Assembly (NCBI GenBank): GCA_964402035.1
Contig: CAYOAM010000003.1
Location: forward strand, 86,480-150,479
DNA length: 64,000 nt
Origin: an uncultured Candidatus Saccharibacteria bacterium
GTDB lineage: Bacteria > Patescibacteriota > Minisyncoccia > Phycocordibacterales > UBA918
Direction: 5' to 3'
The position numbers and the translations under genes are program-made. Shown here piece after piece: positions 28,080-39,446 of the stretch; within the stretch, counting starts at the first letter, position 1; each line of letters starts with the position of its first letter. The notes under the pieces were generated by a model, which did no database searches, was not told where the DNA came from, and saw nothing but the letters and a program-made list of their open reading frames with translations.

Positions 28080-29354
28080 CTACTGCGGCAATGTCACTGT
28101 AAACGTGGTGCCAATATTTTGTGCCGATATGAACGCAATCTTGCCCCCCAACACCTTTACCGCCTCTGAGACTACATAGAGCCCCAACCCAGTACCATCA
28201 GGGACATCCTTCATCGCATTGCTCGCACGGAACATCTTGGTAAACAATTTGTCTTGCTCATCCTGTGGTATACCCATACCCGAGTCCGCGACGGTGATGA
28301 TTGATGACTTGCCCGTATGAACGACGGACACTCGGACTGCACTACCCTCACGAGAATATTTAATGGCGTTTGAAACCAAGTTCCCGACAATCATGCGCAG
28401 CAAGTGAGCATCCGAAAGAAATGGTGTTGTCGTAGCCGCATAGTCTTTCTCCAGCGAAATATGCTTGTCATGTGCCCGTCCCATATGCTCATCCAACACA
28501 CCGTCAAAAAAGGCTACTGGATCTATTTTTATTTTATCCGCAACAAGTGTCCCTAATTCAAAGCGTGACACATTGAGAAAATCATCGACAAGTGCTTCCA
28601 TGCGACCGACACTGACCGTCGCCTTGCTCACATATACTTTTGCCTCCTCGCTTACTTGCGTACCAAACTTTGCAAGCAGGAGCTCTAGATTCCACTTCAT
28701 GGCAGCAATCGGTGTGCGCAACTGATGCGAAGCAAGCGAGACAAACTCTGTCTTAGCTCGATCTATCTCCTTTTGTTTGGTCATATCAACAAGCGTTAAA
28801 AGTCCCTTTTGTGCGCCGGACGCATCTCTAAATGAAAAGAGCGACAACAGCACCCACCGCTCTGCCCCATCTAAGCGTGTGATACGAACTTCTTCGTCGT
28901 TTACTGAGAGTCCCTGCTTAAGCTTCGCCGCAAACAGTGAAATATGCTGCTCATTTTCACCAGAAATTAAGGAAAAGATATTTTTACCAACGATCTCTTC
29001 TTTTGTCGTATTAAATAAACGAAATGTCGAAAAGTTTGCTGACGTAATCTGTCCATCCACCTCAATCAACAGATACGGGACTGGGCTGCTTTTATATACT
29101 TCAGAAAAGAGCTCATGGGATTCCGTAAGAAGATCCTCTGTCATATGGACCGCAATCTTTTCTGCATCATGTGAGATGCGCAGTGACTGAAATACACCTA
29201 CAGCAATAAGCGCAATACAGAAAAAAACAAGCCCGACAAACAATTTCTGAAAATCGAGCGCCGCTATATCGACACTCATCCACAAAGCCCCTGCACCAGC
29301 ACAGAGGAGTAAAAGTGTAGCGAGCGCAATACTTAACGCCTTCAGATTTCCCAT
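28080..29354 (-). CDS. PAS-domain sensor histidine kinase
   Basis: Two TMs, PAS, ASHQLRTP H-box, NAIKYS, DSGMG, GTGLGL. Confidence 0.93.
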   Translation of the reverse strand: MGNLKALSIALATLLLLCAGAGALWMSVDIAALDFQKLFVGLVFFCIALIAVGVFQSLRISHDAEKIAVHMTEDLLTESHELFSEVYKSSPVPYLLIEVDGQITSANFSTFRLFNTTKEEIVGKNIFSLISGENEQHISLFAAKLKQGLSVNDEEVRITRLDGAERWVLLSLFSFRDASGAQKGLLTLVDMTKQKEIDRAKTEFVSLASHQLRTPIAAMKWNLELLLAKFGTQVSEEAKVYVSKATVSVGRMEALVDDFLNVSRFELGTLVADKIKIDPVAFFDGVLDEHMGRAHDKHISLEKDYAATTTPFLSDAHLLRMIVGNLVSNAIKYSREGSAVRVSVVHTGKSSIITVADSGMGIPQDEQDKLFTKMFRASNAMKDVPDGTGLGLYVVSEAVKVLGGKIAFISAQNIGTTFTVTLPQ

Positions 29355-29406
29355 AACTCTATTGTAGTATGCTCTCGATCAATGTACATCACGTATCGAG
29401 GAGAGC

Positions 29407-30633
29407 TTACACAATTTCCGATGTCTTTTTTTGCTGCATGCCAACAACTGCAAACAATCCTAGAAGCACGAGTGCAGCAATACCCATCCCTACCCACGGC
29501 ACCCACGTGTACCGCTCCGTCAAGCGACTCTCCTCTTGATCACAGGCATCACCAATCTGATCTCCGTCAACATCCGCCTGGGATGCATTCGGTACTTGTG
29601 GACAATTGTCGGCACTATTCAAAATAAAGTCTCGATCAAAATCATCACATGCATCCCCCCGGAGGTTGCGGTCAATATCGAGCTGGTCTGCGTTGGGAAC
29701 GGAAACACAATTGTCGAGCGTGTCGGGTCTACCATCATGATCAATGTCAGCGCGAATGTACACCGGGTTACTCTCTGTCGTACCTTCAAGTATGGTCATC
29801 ACACCGTCGTCCGAGCGCAGGTCGCCACTTTCAGGGAGTGCCACGCTGACACTACGATCGGGGTTATAGAAAATATCATACGACCGTCCAGGTTGAGCCA
29901 GGAATCGGAGCCCATATAGTGTTTCAAGAGTTGCGTCTTTTTCTATCATACGTAGCTCACTGATGCGGAGCGGCTGAATGTACTCAAAATCAATGATCCA
30001 TGCTTGTGCACTTACTGCAGGAAATGTGACTACATCGTCATACATACGCGTTTTCGCAACCACAATACGCTCGGTACCGTCCGCTTGTCGTGCGCGTATA
30101 GAAACTGAAATGGGAAGTGCTACATGTTCAGAGAGTTCAACGTGTAGTGCGGCAGAAGAAAAGATTCTGTCCGCGGAAAGGACGATGCGCGTCGATCCAA
30201 CCCCAACTTCAGGGACGAGGAAATCACTCCATGTGTACGACAAGCCATCAATCATGGTCGGTGGGTTTGGAACTCCGTCGACCGACACCACATAGGTGAG
30301 CGGGTTTGTGTGTGCCGTAGTGCGCAGATACGACGGTAAAAAAGTCTGAGTCTCATTTTCACGAACTAAAAAACTAGTATTTCTCAACATTGATGGTTCA
30401 AAACGCACTTCAACGACCTTTGGTACCAGAACATCTGCCAGGTAGGGCGACATCACATCCCGATATGCTGCTGTTTGATCGGTGGGTTCGTCGTTGCGAA
30501 CAGGTACACGCATTTCGCGCGAATTATATTTTTGACCATACTCACTATTGGGATCCACCATGAGTGCCAAAACAGGCTGACTGGAGATAACCATGAGAGC
30601 AAGAGCGAGTACACTAGTAATTGAAAGTTTCAT
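29407..30633 (-). CDS. Secreted/membrane-anchored protein with thrombospondin type 3 repeats
   Basis: Signal peptide, DNC..VPNADQ.D.D....GDACD repeats, C-terminal TM. Confidence 0.8.
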   Translation of the reverse strand: MKLSITSVLALALMVISSQPVLALMVDPNSEYGQKYNSREMRVPVRNDEPTDQTAAYRDVMSPYLADVLVPKVVEVRFEPSMLRNTSFLVRENETQTFLPSYLRTTAHTNPLTYVVSVDGVPNPPTMIDGLSYTWSDFLVPEVGVGSTRIVLSADRIFSSAALHVELSEHVALPISVSIRARQADGTERIVVAKTRMYDDVVTFPAVSAQAWIIDFEYIQPLRISELRMIEKDATLETLYGLRFLAQPGRSYDIFYNPDRSVSVALPESGDLRSDDGVMTILEGTTESNPVYIRADIDHDGRPDTLDNCVSVPNADQLDIDRNLRGDACDDFDRDFILNSADNCPQVPNASQADVDGDQIGDACDQEESRLTERYTWVPWVGMGIAALVLLGLFAVVGMQQKKTSEIV

Positions 30634-30634
30634 A

Positions 30635-32386
30635 TTATTGTTTGGTTACAATTGTCTCCTGCGTACGTTTCTTCCCCATAAATGCGGTTGAGATGAGCAG
30701 TGCACCAATGACAAAGAAGGTGATAATGCGTCCAGCAAGCTCCATCTGCCATACGTCAACAAACAGTAGTCGCGCAACGACAAAGCCGAGGAGCACCCAT
30801 CCCCCCAGACGCAAATTCTTTTGATCCGTATTTGTGCCCGCAACGTGCAGCAACAGGCCAAGAATTGTATAGATGACAAGCGACAGCATGACGGCAACAT
30901 CTGTATCGAGAAGCGCATGCAATATGAGCCACACGAGCGAGAGCGCGTAGAAGGTACCCACAACACCAAAAGCAATACCGACACCGCGTGTCTCCTCATC
31001 GTCCGCAGGTGCATTCTCAAAGACGTATGCGCCTGTCACCCACAAGGCACACATAAGAATTAGGAGTACAAAGAAATCATTATGGAGGACTCCTGTCTGC
31101 CACAATGGTGAAACAAAACTTGGTAACGACATCAGGGCAGGTATCGTAAAGAGCCAACCGAGATTGCGCGAAAGCGCAATCGGTACAAACATTCGTGAGA
31201 GTGCGACAATCGCCCCCACTTCGATCGTATAGGCGATCGTAAGCATAGCGCCATCTAGTTCCGCCGCAGTAGCCGCTCCGAGAAGCGCGAGGCTTGTAGC
31301 TCCATAGATGTAAAATGGCACACGGTTTGCTGTTCCTCGATATACAGCAAATGCACCGAGACTGAAAACCAACATCCATGCAACATAGAGGAGGCTCTGC
31401 CATTCTGCGGCAACTGAGGAGGCAATCCACGCAATGAGGTAAGCGCTCGTACCGAAAGCGGTAAACATGGTCGCTGATGACGCTACACCCTGCCTCTCGT
31501 AGAGAATGCTCATCACGTTTGTTGCGAAAAAGAGTGCTGTGAATACAAAGGCGAATAAGAGCGCCACGTCGTTTCCTGTACTGAACCAATTTGATCCCAT
31601 ATACGAGGCTCCATACACGGCAACAACAGCGAGCGCTACAGGAGTAAGTGTCTTCCATCCGGTGTAGTACACCACCCACAGTGTTCCAAGAACTACAACA
31701 AGCAGGTACGAAAGAATCTCAAATGCACTCCAGTGTGGTGCATTGACGAGGAGTGGAGCAATACTACCCAAGAGCAAGCCCGCCATCGCCAGCTTTGGAC
31801 TGTTGTAGCGAACACTCACGAATGCGACAAAGACAACAGCACCAAACATCATCATGAGCGCAGAAAGCGGTGTAAAGAAGCCGTAGATCATCCGCGCTGC
31901 ACATATGGTGAGCAGGATGATCGTTGAACCCAACACCACAAAGATACCTCCTTGGTGTGTAAAGCGCTGTATGCGCCACACACCAAGAGCCAAGACTCCT
32001 GCGCCAATCAAAAGTCCTAGTGTAATACGACCATAGGGACCAATCCAGTCATGCAAGAACGCATAACTCACAAACCAGCCAAAACCAATCAAGATAAGAA
32101 ACGCTCCAAGCTTTACCAAGAAATCTTCCTTGATCCAGCGCATAAAGCGCTCTTCGGTATCTGAAGAGGGTACGTGCGGGATCGTGTGCGGCATAGTACC
32201 CTGCTCTATACGAGGTGTCGCAGGTACAATATCAGGTACCCTCGGTGATGCTATCGGTGCAACAACTGCATCGATCGGTGTAAAGCCGCGCTGTTCCAAT
32301 TGCTTCAATCGATCTTGGAGATTGCGAACCTTACTGCCGACATAGAGCGCATATCCCAGAGCAACGCACGCAATAACAAATTCCAT
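30635..32386 (-). CDS. DUF2339-like polytopic membrane protein
   Basis: [28 protein letters not shown]; many TMs; C-terminal RIITFF..G.LLI. Confidence 0.75.
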   Translation of the reverse strand: MEFVIACVALGYALYVGSKVRNLQDRLKQLEQRGFTPIDAVVAPIASPRVPDIVPATPRIEQGTMPHTIPHVPSSDTEERFMRWIKEDFLVKLGAFLILIGFGWFVSYAFLHDWIGPYGRITLGLLIGAGVLALGVWRIQRFTHQGGIFVVLGSTIILLTICAARMIYGFFTPLSALMMMFGAVVFVAFVSVRYNSPKLAMAGLLLGSIAPLLVNAPHWSAFEILSYLLVVVLGTLWVVYYTGWKTLTPVALAVVAVYGASYMGSNWFSTGNDVALLFAFVFTALFFATNVMSILYERQGVASSATMFTAFGTSAYLIAWIASSVAAEWQSLLYVAWMLVFSLGAFAVYRGTANRVPFYIYGATSLALLGAATAAELDGAMLTIAYTIEVGAIVALSRMFVPIALSRNLGWLFTIPALMSLPSFVSPLWQTGVLHNDFFVLLILMCALWVTGAYVFENAPADDEETRGVGIAFGVVGTFYALSLVWLILHALLDTDVAVMLSLVIYTILGLLLHVAGTNTDQKNLRLGGWVLLGFVVARLLFVDVWQMELAGRIITFFVIGALLISTAFMGKKRTQETIVTKQ

Positions 32387-32473
32387 AGTTAAAAGTAAGC
32401 TAGTAGTACCTACAGTGTACTCCTGTCACTCACTACTTTACATATCGAGAACTGGACAACAGCGGCTTCAAAA

Positions 32474-32815
32474 CTATTGTGCAGGTGGTGTATTTTCTGG
32501 TGTCGGTGTTTCTTGAACAGTACCCTCCTCTGCGATCGGTGCGGTTGATGTTGCAGATGCTTCGGTCGTACTTGCCTCAACAGGCGCTACAGGCGCTGGC
32601 TCCGGTGGACGAGGGACGTCGCCTGTCTGTGGACGCAATCCTCCATTGGGAACTACTGCCCGTGTATCTTGCTGTACTGGTTTAATAAAATCTTGCTGAT
32701 TGGTCGTAGAAATGCGTTCATTGACATTAATCTCTCCCCCACCATTTTTTGCAAAATATACCGATGCTCCGGTAATAGACGCAACAACAAGTACGGCAAT
32801 AATAAATAGTCTCAT
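32474..32815 (-). CDS. Hypothetical protein, N-terminal TM and Pro/Thr-rich tail
   Basis: Hydrophobic N-terminus, low-complexity C-terminus. Confidence 0.65.
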   Translation of the reverse strand: MRLFIIAVLVVASITGASVYFAKNGGGEINVNERISTTNQQDFIKPVQQDTRAVVPNGGLRPQTGDVPRPPEPAPVAPVEASTTEASATSTAPIAEEGTVQETPTPENTPPAQ

Positions 32816-32958
32816 AGTCTCTTGACTATAGTATTACATACTTGAGAGCACATATACAATATGGTAACCGTGTGGTTTGGGCAAAAAAACTATCACACAC
32901 CGCTTGTAAGATACGAGATTATATGGTACATTCTTGCCTGTATTCCTATCGATCTGCG

Positions 32959-33489
32959 ATTCCCTTGAAAGACACTAGAGTACGTATCAACCAAGCAATT
33001 CGGGCACCAGAGCTTCGGGTTATTGGCGCGGACGGTGAAAACGTAGGGGTGATCACGCTTGCCGAAGCGCTTGCTCTCGCACAGACCGCAGCACTCGATC
33101 TTATCGAGATTTCGCCCACGGCCGTGCCGCCGGTTGCCAAGATCATGGATTTTGGCAAATACCAGTACGAACTCAAGAAAAAGCAGCGCGAAATGAAGGC
33201 AAAGTCGCATACGACTGAAACCAAGGGTGTGCAGGTAAAAATTGGTACTGGTGACCATGACCTCGCACTCAAGGCAAAACGTGCAGCAGAGTGGCTTGGA
33301 GAAGGTCACCGGGTGAAGATTGACCTCTTTTTGTGGGGTAGGTACAAGTACATGGAATTTGGCTTTCTCAAAGAACGCCTCGAACGCTTTGTAAAATTGA
33401 TACCGGCCGAATACAAAATTGCTGAAGTTATCAAAAAAAGTCCAAAAGGTCTTTCAGTCACTATCGAACGAGACACCGCCAAAACCTAG
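32959..33489 (+). CDS. infC: Translation initiation factor IF-3 (probable ATT or TTG start)
   Basis: RINQAIRAPELRVI, DLIEISP..PPVAKIMDFGK; followed by rpmI-rplT. Confidence 0.93.
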   Translation: MPLKDTRVRINQAIRAPELRVIGADGENVGVITLAEALALAQTAALDLIEISPTAVPPVAKIMDFGKYQYELKKKQREMKAKSHTTETKGVQVKIGTGDHDLALKAKRAAEWLGEGHRVKIDLFLWGRYKYMEFGFLKERLERFVKLIPAEYKIAEVIKKSPKGLSVTIERDTAKT

Positions 33490-33579
33490 ATCTTGCTAGT
33501 TGCAAACGTAAAAATTCTTTAGTATAACCATACACACAGAACAGCGCTCGGTACCGCCCTGCCCTGATCTACACTATTT

Positions 33580-33765
33580 ATGAAAACCAACAAATCATAC
33601 ACAAAGCGTCTGCGCGTAACCAAGAACGGCAAGATTATGGCGCGCAAGGCAGGTCAAAACCATTTCAACGCAAAGCAGTCAGGTACCAAGCGCCTCAACC
33701 GCAAGCGAACAGCAACATTGGTCATGAGTGCTCGCGATCGACGTCGTTTCCTTCCCGCTTCCTAA
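33580..33765 (+). CDS. rpmI: 50S ribosomal protein L35
   Basis: MKTNKSYTKRLRVTKNGKI; operon position. Confidence 0.93.
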   Translation: MKTNKSYTKRLRVTKNGKIMARKAGQNHFNAKQSGTKRLNRKRTATLVMSARDRRRFLPAS

Positions 33766-33811
33766 GAACTACTAAGATTCAATCTCTTAATTCAAGACTA
33801 ATAAATATAAT

Positions 33812-34156
33812 ATGGCCCGAGTAAAAGGTGGAGTCCAATCAAACAAACGACGACGAAATATCCTCGATGAGGTGAAGGGATATCGTTTTGGTCGTTCAAC
33901 AAAAAAGCGCTCAGCACGTGATGCTATTTACCACGCCCAGCTTCATGCATTTGCACACCGGAAAGACAAAAAGGTAGATTTCCGACAACTCTGGATCGCC
34001 CGCATGAATGCAGCACTTCGCGCACAAGGCACAACGTACAGCAAGTTTATTGGTGCAATGGGCAAGAAGAAAGGGGCCTTGAACCGCAAAGTGCTTTCAG
34101 AGATCGCACATGAACGACCAGCATCATTTGCACGGATTGTTGCGCACGTAAAATAG
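33812..34156 (+). CDS. rplT: 50S ribosomal protein L20
   Basis: MARVKGG, FRQLWIARMNAA, LNRKVLSEIA. Confidence 0.96.
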   Translation: MARVKGGVQSNKRRRNILDEVKGYRFGRSTKKRSARDAIYHAQLHAFAHRKDKKVDFRQLWIARMNAALRAQGTTYSKFIGAMGKKKGALNRKVLSEIAHERPASFARIVAHVK

Positions 34157-34180
34157 TCTCCCAAGCGTAAAACCGTCAGC

Positions 34181-34223
34181 ACAAAACCCCCGCGATTCCC
34201 CTCAAGGAATCGCGGGGGTTTTG
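34181..34223 (+). terminator. Intrinsic terminator after rplT
   Basis: CAAAACCCCCGCGATTCC-CTCAA-GGAATCGCGGGGGTTTTG. Confidence 0.85.
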
Positions 34224-34236
34224 CTATACTGTACCC

Positions 34237-34572
34237 ATGAAAAATTATAAAGGAAGCTGCCATTGTGGTGCAGTCGCATTTAAAGCTGACATGGAACTCA
34301 CGGGAGGTATGGTGTGCAATTGCTCACACTGCCATAAGAAAGGTGTGGTACTTGCCTTCGTCCCAAAGAGCCAGTTTACCCTTGAGAAAGGAGCAGACAA
34401 CCTCACCGAATATCGTTTTAATAAAAAAGTCATCAGCCATCAATTTTGCAAGACCTGTGGAGTCCAAGGATTCGGCAGCGCAGGCGAACAAGTCGCCATC
34501 AACCTCCGGTGTGTCGACGAAGTCGACCTCGACACCCTCCCCACCCAAAAATACAATGGGAAGGATTTGTAA
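34237..34572 (+). CDS. GFA/CENP-V family zinc protein
   Basis: GSCHCG, CNCSHC, FCKTCG, INLRC. Confidence 0.92.
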   Translation: MKNYKGSCHCGAVAFKADMELTGGMVCNCSHCHKKGVVLAFVPKSQFTLEKGADNLTEYRFNKKVISHQFCKTCGVQGFGSAGEQVAINLRCVDEVDLDTLPTQKYNGKDL

Positions 34573-34735
34573 GAATCCAGTGTAGTCGCGCTTTATTCAT
34601 TTTCCTTCAGTTCAAGATCCGGCCTTGAACGACCCTGAACTGTTGTGTCAAGGCAGCCCTTGGGAACTTTATGATTTGCATATAGTCCATACTGTGAGAG
34701 TATAGAGACAGTTCTTCTCTTACTCTGGAGGTCAC

Positions 34736-34945
34736 ATGAATGTCCACCGGCCAGAAATACATGTGTCTGCAGAACTACTTCATGACACCGAAACATGTCC
34801 TTCTTGTTCCCAAGAATTCACTGTTGGAGATGGTAGGACATATGAGGGCCCACTCACTGACGGAAAGAAAAATGTGTGGGGCTGCTTGCTGTTTTGCTCC
34901 CTTCTATGCATCACACGCTGTGTTCCTGCAGAAGGGCGAGCATAG
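34736..34945 (+). CDS. Small zinc-finger protein (CxxC...FCSxxC, TRASH/FCS-like)
   Basis: GGAGG SD; CPSC and FCSLLC. Confidence 0.55.
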   Translation: MNVHRPEIHVSAELLHDTETCPSCSQEFTVGDGRTYEGPLTDGKKNVWGCLLFCSLLCITRCVPAEGRA

Positions 34946-34993
34946 AAAATGGTTCGTTATTGAAAAGACCTCTACGTAGAGGTCATTTTATTT

Positions 34994-35836
34994 TCACGAC
35001 TTAATAAACGTCCCCTGTTGGAGTTCGGTGAATGCCTGCTTTATTTCCTCATCGGTATTCATCACAATCGGCCCACGCCATGAGATAGGTTCGCCAAGTG
35101 GCGTGCCTGCGACCACAAGCAGTCGCGCCCCGTCTTTGCCTGCCGCTAGTTTGAGCTCGTCGCCATTTGAGGTAAGCCCGATCTCGCCCGCACTCACCCA
35201 CTGCTCACTTTGGTTTTTAAAAACTACACTACTCTCGATCACATAGATAAATAGAGTGTCATCGGTGTTTGTCGTAAAAGAAAATACTGCCTCTTTCTGA
35301 AGTGAGACATCAAGATAGGTAGGACTCCCGGCAATATCAGAAACAGGACCCTTTGTATCTCCATATGCACCCGCAATCACTTTTACCACTACACCATCCT
35401 GCTCCACAATCGGCACCTGTGCCGCTTTGATATCCTGATACTGTGGCATTGTCATTTTTTTCGCACGCGGCAAATTGACCCACAACTGAAAGCCCTGTAT
35501 GCCACCCTCACTCACAACCGGCATCTCTTCATGCACAATGCCGCTGCCTGCGCTCATCCACTGGATATCGCCAGCGCCGATCTTCCCTGCATTTCCAAGA
35601 CTGTCGCGATGCTCCACTTCACCCCGCAACATGTAGGTCACGGTCTCAATGCCACGGTGTGGATGCCACGGAAATCCTTCAACATAAGCACGTGGATCGT
35701 CGTTACTAAAATCATCAAACAAGAGAAAGGGGTCAAATTGTGGCACTTCAAAAAATCCAAATCCCCGCTTGAGATGTACACCTGCACCTTCCAGAGTTGG
35801 CTTTAGTGGAAAGACTTTTTCAATCGTGCGCATCAT
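34994..35836 (-). CDS. Pirin family protein
   Basis: DPFLLFD, GFPWHPHRGIETVTY, HEE, FQLWVNLP. Confidence 0.95.
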   Translation of the reverse strand: MMRTIEKVFPLKPTLEGAGVHLKRGFGFFEVPQFDPFLLFDDFSNDDPRAYVEGFPWHPHRGIETVTYMLRGEVEHRDSLGNAGKIGAGDIQWMSAGSGIVHEEMPVVSEGGIQGFQLWVNLPRAKKMTMPQYQDIKAAQVPIVEQDGVVVKVIAGAYGDTKGPVSDIAGSPTYLDVSLQKEAVFSFTTNTDDTLFIYVIESSVVFKNQSEQWVSAGEIGLTSNGDELKLAAGKDGARLLVVAGTPLGEPISWRGPIVMNTDEEIKQAFTELQQGTFIKS

Positions 35837-36046
35837 TGGTTTACTATACTAGATAGTGGGACGAATAAGAAAAGTGTGTTCAAAAATCTGTTAGCACGAG
35901 TCTACTAGTATTGTTGTCGGCCTTCCTTTTAGAAGGCCGACGTGAAATTGCGGCGCGGTGGCGCCATCCTTAGCTAGAAAGCCACCCGGGTACCCAAATA
36001 AAAAAATGCCGCCTCACTGGCGGCATCTTTTTTATTTGAGTGTGGC

Positions 36047-36427
36047 TTACATCATTTTTACGTCAATCGAAACTCCAGAGGGCAACGAGAGGTTCGTGAG
36101 AGCCTCAATCACCTTTGGAGAAGGAGCCACAATGTCAATCACACGCTTATGCACTCGCATTTCGAATTGTTCTCGCGCATCTTTAAATACGAATGAGGCA
36201 CGATTGACCGTGTACTTCTTGATTTCCGTTGGTAGTGGTATCGGACCGACAACAGTAGCATCAAAGCGGAGTGCAGTATCCATGATCTGCTTTATTGAAG
36301 CATCAAGAATCTTGTGCTCGTACGCACGCACACGGATGCGCAGCTTCTGAATTTCAGCCGCTGCGACTGCTGCACGTTTCGTCGGTCGCTTTTTTGCTTC
36401 CGTTTTATCTGCTTTTGCTGTCGCCAT
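36047..36427 (-). CDS. rpsJ: 30S ribosomal protein S10 (N-terminal Lys/Ala extension)
   Basis: LRIRVRAYEH, GPIPLPT, REQFEMRVHKR. Confidence 0.96.
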   Translation of the reverse strand: MATAKADKTEAKKRPTKRAAVAAAEIQKLRIRVRAYEHKILDASIKQIMDTALRFDATVVGPIPLPTEIKKYTVNRASFVFKDAREQFEMRVHKRVIDIVAPSPKVIEALTNLSLPSGVSIDVKMM

Positions 36428-36446
36428 AATAAATGTTTCTAAGCGA

Positions 36447-37640
36447 TTAGGCTACGATCTTCGTCACAACACCAGCTCCCACCGTCTTGCCTCCTTCGCG
36501 GATGGCAAAGCGCTGCTGCTCTTCGAGCGCAACTGGCGCTACGAGCTTCACTTTGAAAGTGACAGTGTCTCCTGGCATAACCATTTCGACTCCCTCTTTC
36601 AAGGTCACATCTCCGGTCACGTCAGTCGTGCGGATGTAGAACTGTGGCTTGTATCCAGAGAAAAATGGTGTGTGGCGACCTCCTTCATCCTTAGAAAGGA
36701 CGTACACTTCCGCTTCAAATTCGGTGTGTGGATTTACTGAACCCTTTGCTGCAAGCACCTGTCCACGATGGACATCATCCTTGGCTGTACCGCGGAGCAA
36801 AATACCCGCATTGTCTCCCGCCATAGCTGAATCAAGTGACTTGTTGAACATTTCAATACCGGTAACTGCTGTCTTTGTTGTTGGCTTGATACCCACAATC
36901 TCAACTTCAGTACCAACCTTGAGCTGTCCGCGCTCTACGCGTCCAGTGACCACCGTACCTCGTCCTTCAATTGAGAAAATGTCCTCAATTGGCATAAGGA
37001 ATGGCTTATCAGTATCACGAACGGGCATTGGGAAATAGGTATCCATGGCATCAACGAGCTCGAGAACCTTGGCACCCCATGGGCTAGAAGGATCTTCGAG
37101 AGCCTTGAGTCCAGAACCTTTGATGATTGGTACGTTCTTTCCATCAAAACCATGCTTATCCAAAAGCTCACGGAGCTCCTCTTCGACGAGCATAATCATC
37201 TCCTCATCATCAACCATGTCGCACTTGTTGAGGAATACGATAATCTTTGGTACTCCCACCTGGCGAGCCAAAAGTACGTGTTCCTTTGTTTGAGGCATCG
37301 CTCCGTCAGTCGCAGCAACCACAAGTACCGCGCCGTCCATTTGGGCTGCTCCCGTGATCATGTTCTTGATATAGTCTGCGTGACCCGGCGCATCGATGTG
37401 TGCGTAGTGACGATTTGGTGTCTCATACTCTGAGTGAGAAAGAGAAATCGTAATACCACGAGCCTTTTCTTCTGGCGCCTTATCAATATCGTCAACACCC
37501 TTTACCGATGCTGAGTATCCACCCCCCTTCTTGTTGAGCACGCTCAAAATCGCCGCAGTGAGCGTCGTTTTTCCGTGGTCAACGTGTCCGATCGTGCCCA
37601 CATTGATGTGTGGCTTTGATCGATTAAATGCTTCAGCCAT
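36447..37640 (-). CDS. tuf: Elongation factor Tu
   Basis: [28 protein letters not shown]. Confidence 0.98.
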   Translation of the reverse strand: MAEAFNRSKPHINVGTIGHVDHGKTTLTAAILSVLNKKGGGYSASVKGVDDIDKAPEEKARGITISLSHSEYETPNRHYAHIDAPGHADYIKNMITGAAQMDGAVLVVAATDGAMPQTKEHVLLARQVGVPKIIVFLNKCDMVDDEEMIMLVEEELRELLDKHGFDGKNVPIIKGSGLKALEDPSSPWGAKVLELVDAMDTYFPMPVRDTDKPFLMPIEDIFSIEGRGTVVTGRVERGQLKVGTEVEIVGIKPTTKTAVTGIEMFNKSLDSAMAGDNAGILLRGTAKDDVHRGQVLAAKGSVNPHTEFEAEVYVLSKDEGGRHTPFFSGYKPQFYIRTTDVTGDVTLKEGVEMVMPGDTVTFKVKLVAPVALEEQQRFAIREGGKTVGAGVVTKIVA

Positions 37641-37816
37641 AATAATCTTAGATTAATACGTTTATAATGCTGCTGAAATGGTCCGTTGTAGAGGCGCGAG
37701 AAGTGCCCTATGACCAACCACTTCGACGTCTTCCTCTTAAATTTTCAAAAAACAAGGGTTGGGGAATAGAAATACCCAACACGAGCGAAAAAAAGAGCAA
37801 GGTGCAGTGCCGCCCA

Positions 37817-37845
37817 TAGTACAGGAATCACCCCGAAGCGTCAAG
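37817..37845 (-). promoter_or_regulatory. Sigma70-type promoter for tuf-rpsJ
   Basis: TTGACG-17 nt-TACTAT on the minus strand (coordinates approximate). Confidence 0.6.
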
Positions 37846-37954
37846 AAATAATAAAGCCCCGAGGAGCGATGCTCAAAGGGGCTGTCAACACGTTTACAAA
37901 AAACTGCCGAGCTCCATGATGCTTCGGCAGTTTCTTGTTTCGATGTTACGGTGA

Positions 37955-38449
37955 TTATACAGCTGGAGTCGTTGTCGGAGTCGTAGGATTTACGAGTACA
38001 CACCCTGCGGTAATCTGTGCCCCTGAAAAACTCTGAGTCGGACCTGCGCCGGTATTGTAACTAAACGATTGTACGGAACTTGGCATGGTCGTTATGATTT
38101 GCCCGCCACCAGGAAATGTACAGACATAATGCGCACCAGTCGGACGCTGGATAACGCGGCGGGTCCCGGCGGCGACTGCGGCATCCTGCCCATCCGGCGT
38201 TTCTGCATCGACATATGACAAACTATCTTCATACACCATTTCAGCATCATCATAGACACCTTCATCAACATATGCGACATCATCTTCATACAGTGCACTC
38301 TCTGCAACCATAGACTTGAGTTGTTGTGCCTGCGTTGATAGCACGGACACACTACCACCCGTCGCAATAACTTGTCCAAGTGAAAAAGTGCTGATGGCAA
38401 ACGCTGCAATCGTGAGAACAGTTACTGGCATATTGTACTTTTCATCCAT
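37955..38449 (-). CDS. Secreted-type paralog 3 of tandem array
   Basis: MDEKYNMPVTVLTIAAF..., acidic insert, QDAAVA, two-Cys C-terminal domain. Confidence 0.75.
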   Translation of the reverse strand: MDEKYNMPVTVLTIAAFAISTFSLGQVIATGGSVSVLSTQAQQLKSMVAESALYEDDVAYVDEGVYDDAEMVYEDSLSYVDAETPDGQDAAVAAGTRRVIQRPTGAHYVCTFPGGGQIITTMPSSVQSFSYNTGAGPTQSFSGAQITAGCVLVNPTTPTTTPAV

Positions 38450-38610
38450 GTAAATTCTTTTGAGATCTGATAACACTACTACATAAAAACAATAGCATGC
38501 GACATACCCACGAACAATCGATGTCGTGCACAAGTAGCGATCACAACCAGTGTACGAAAAATCCGCATGGTGGCGGATTTTCATGTGCACATTGTGAAGC
38601 TAGTTTCTGC

Positions 38611-38949
38611 TTAGTAAGGAACGCAGGTTGGAGCAATTTGACCTCCATTGAACGTTTCTGTTGGACCGCTTCCCGTATTGTAGCTCACTGTCTGTACTGC
38701 AGTTGGATGTGACGTAATTATAGTCATTTGTCCAATTTGACATTTGAACAGACCGGCTCCTGGTCGAGCTATTGAACTTCCTAAAATTGTCCTTCGTGCA
38801 ACTGCAGCATCTTGAGATATTGATTCCTGTGTTGCTGAAAGCACCTGGACACTTCCATTTACACCGATCACTTGACCGAGGGAAAAAGCGCTCACACCAA
38901 ATGCGACAACAGCGAGAATTGCAACCGATAGACTATACTTCTGATCCAT
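38611..38949 (-). CDS. Secreted-type paralog 2 of tandem array
   Basis: MDQKYSLSVAILAVVAFG..., SQDAAVA, C...SYNTGSG...PTCV. Confidence 0.8.
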   Translation of the reverse strand: MDQKYSLSVAILAVVAFGVSAFSLGQVIGVNGSVQVLSATQESISQDAAVARRTILGSSIARPGAGLFKCQIGQMTIITSHPTAVQTVSYNTGSGPTETFNGGQIAPTCVPY

Positions 38950-39113
38950 ATGTTTAAATAAGAGAACTAATAAGTCCACTACACATAAAAACAATAGCAT
39001 GGGTCTAGACCTGCAACAATTGGGCATAGTGCATAGGTAGGAAATGTAAAAATTATTGAAGTATAAAAAATCCGCCTAATGGCGGATTTTTTATACAGAC
39101 CTTTTGTCTAGAC

Positions 39114-39446
39114 TTAGATGGCTACGCAGGTCGGCGTCACTTGGCTTCCTGTGAAAGTCTGTGTCGCTCCACTTCCTGTATTGTAGCTCACGGTCTGTAC
39201 TGCAGTTGGATGTGACGTAACAATCGTCATCTGCCCTACTGTACATCGATAAAAACCAGCATTTGCGGGTGGTACAAAAACAGCACGCTGACGTGCAACA
39301 GCGGCATCTTGTGATATTGATTCTTGTGTTGCTGAAAGCACCTGGACGCTTCCGTTGACACCGATCACCTGACCGAGTGAAAACGTACTGACCCCAAATG
39401 CGACAACAGCGAGAATTGCAACGGATAGACTATACTTCTGATCCAT
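39114..39446 (-). CDS. Secreted-type paralog 1 of tandem array
   Basis: Near-identical N-terminus to 38611..38949; same C-terminal motif. Confidence 0.8.
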   Translation of the reverse strand: MDQKYSLSVAILAVVAFGVSTFSLGQVIGVNGSVQVLSATQESISQDAAVARQRAVFVPPANAGFYRCTVGQMTIVTSHPTAVQTVSYNTGSGATQTFTGSQVTPTCVAI

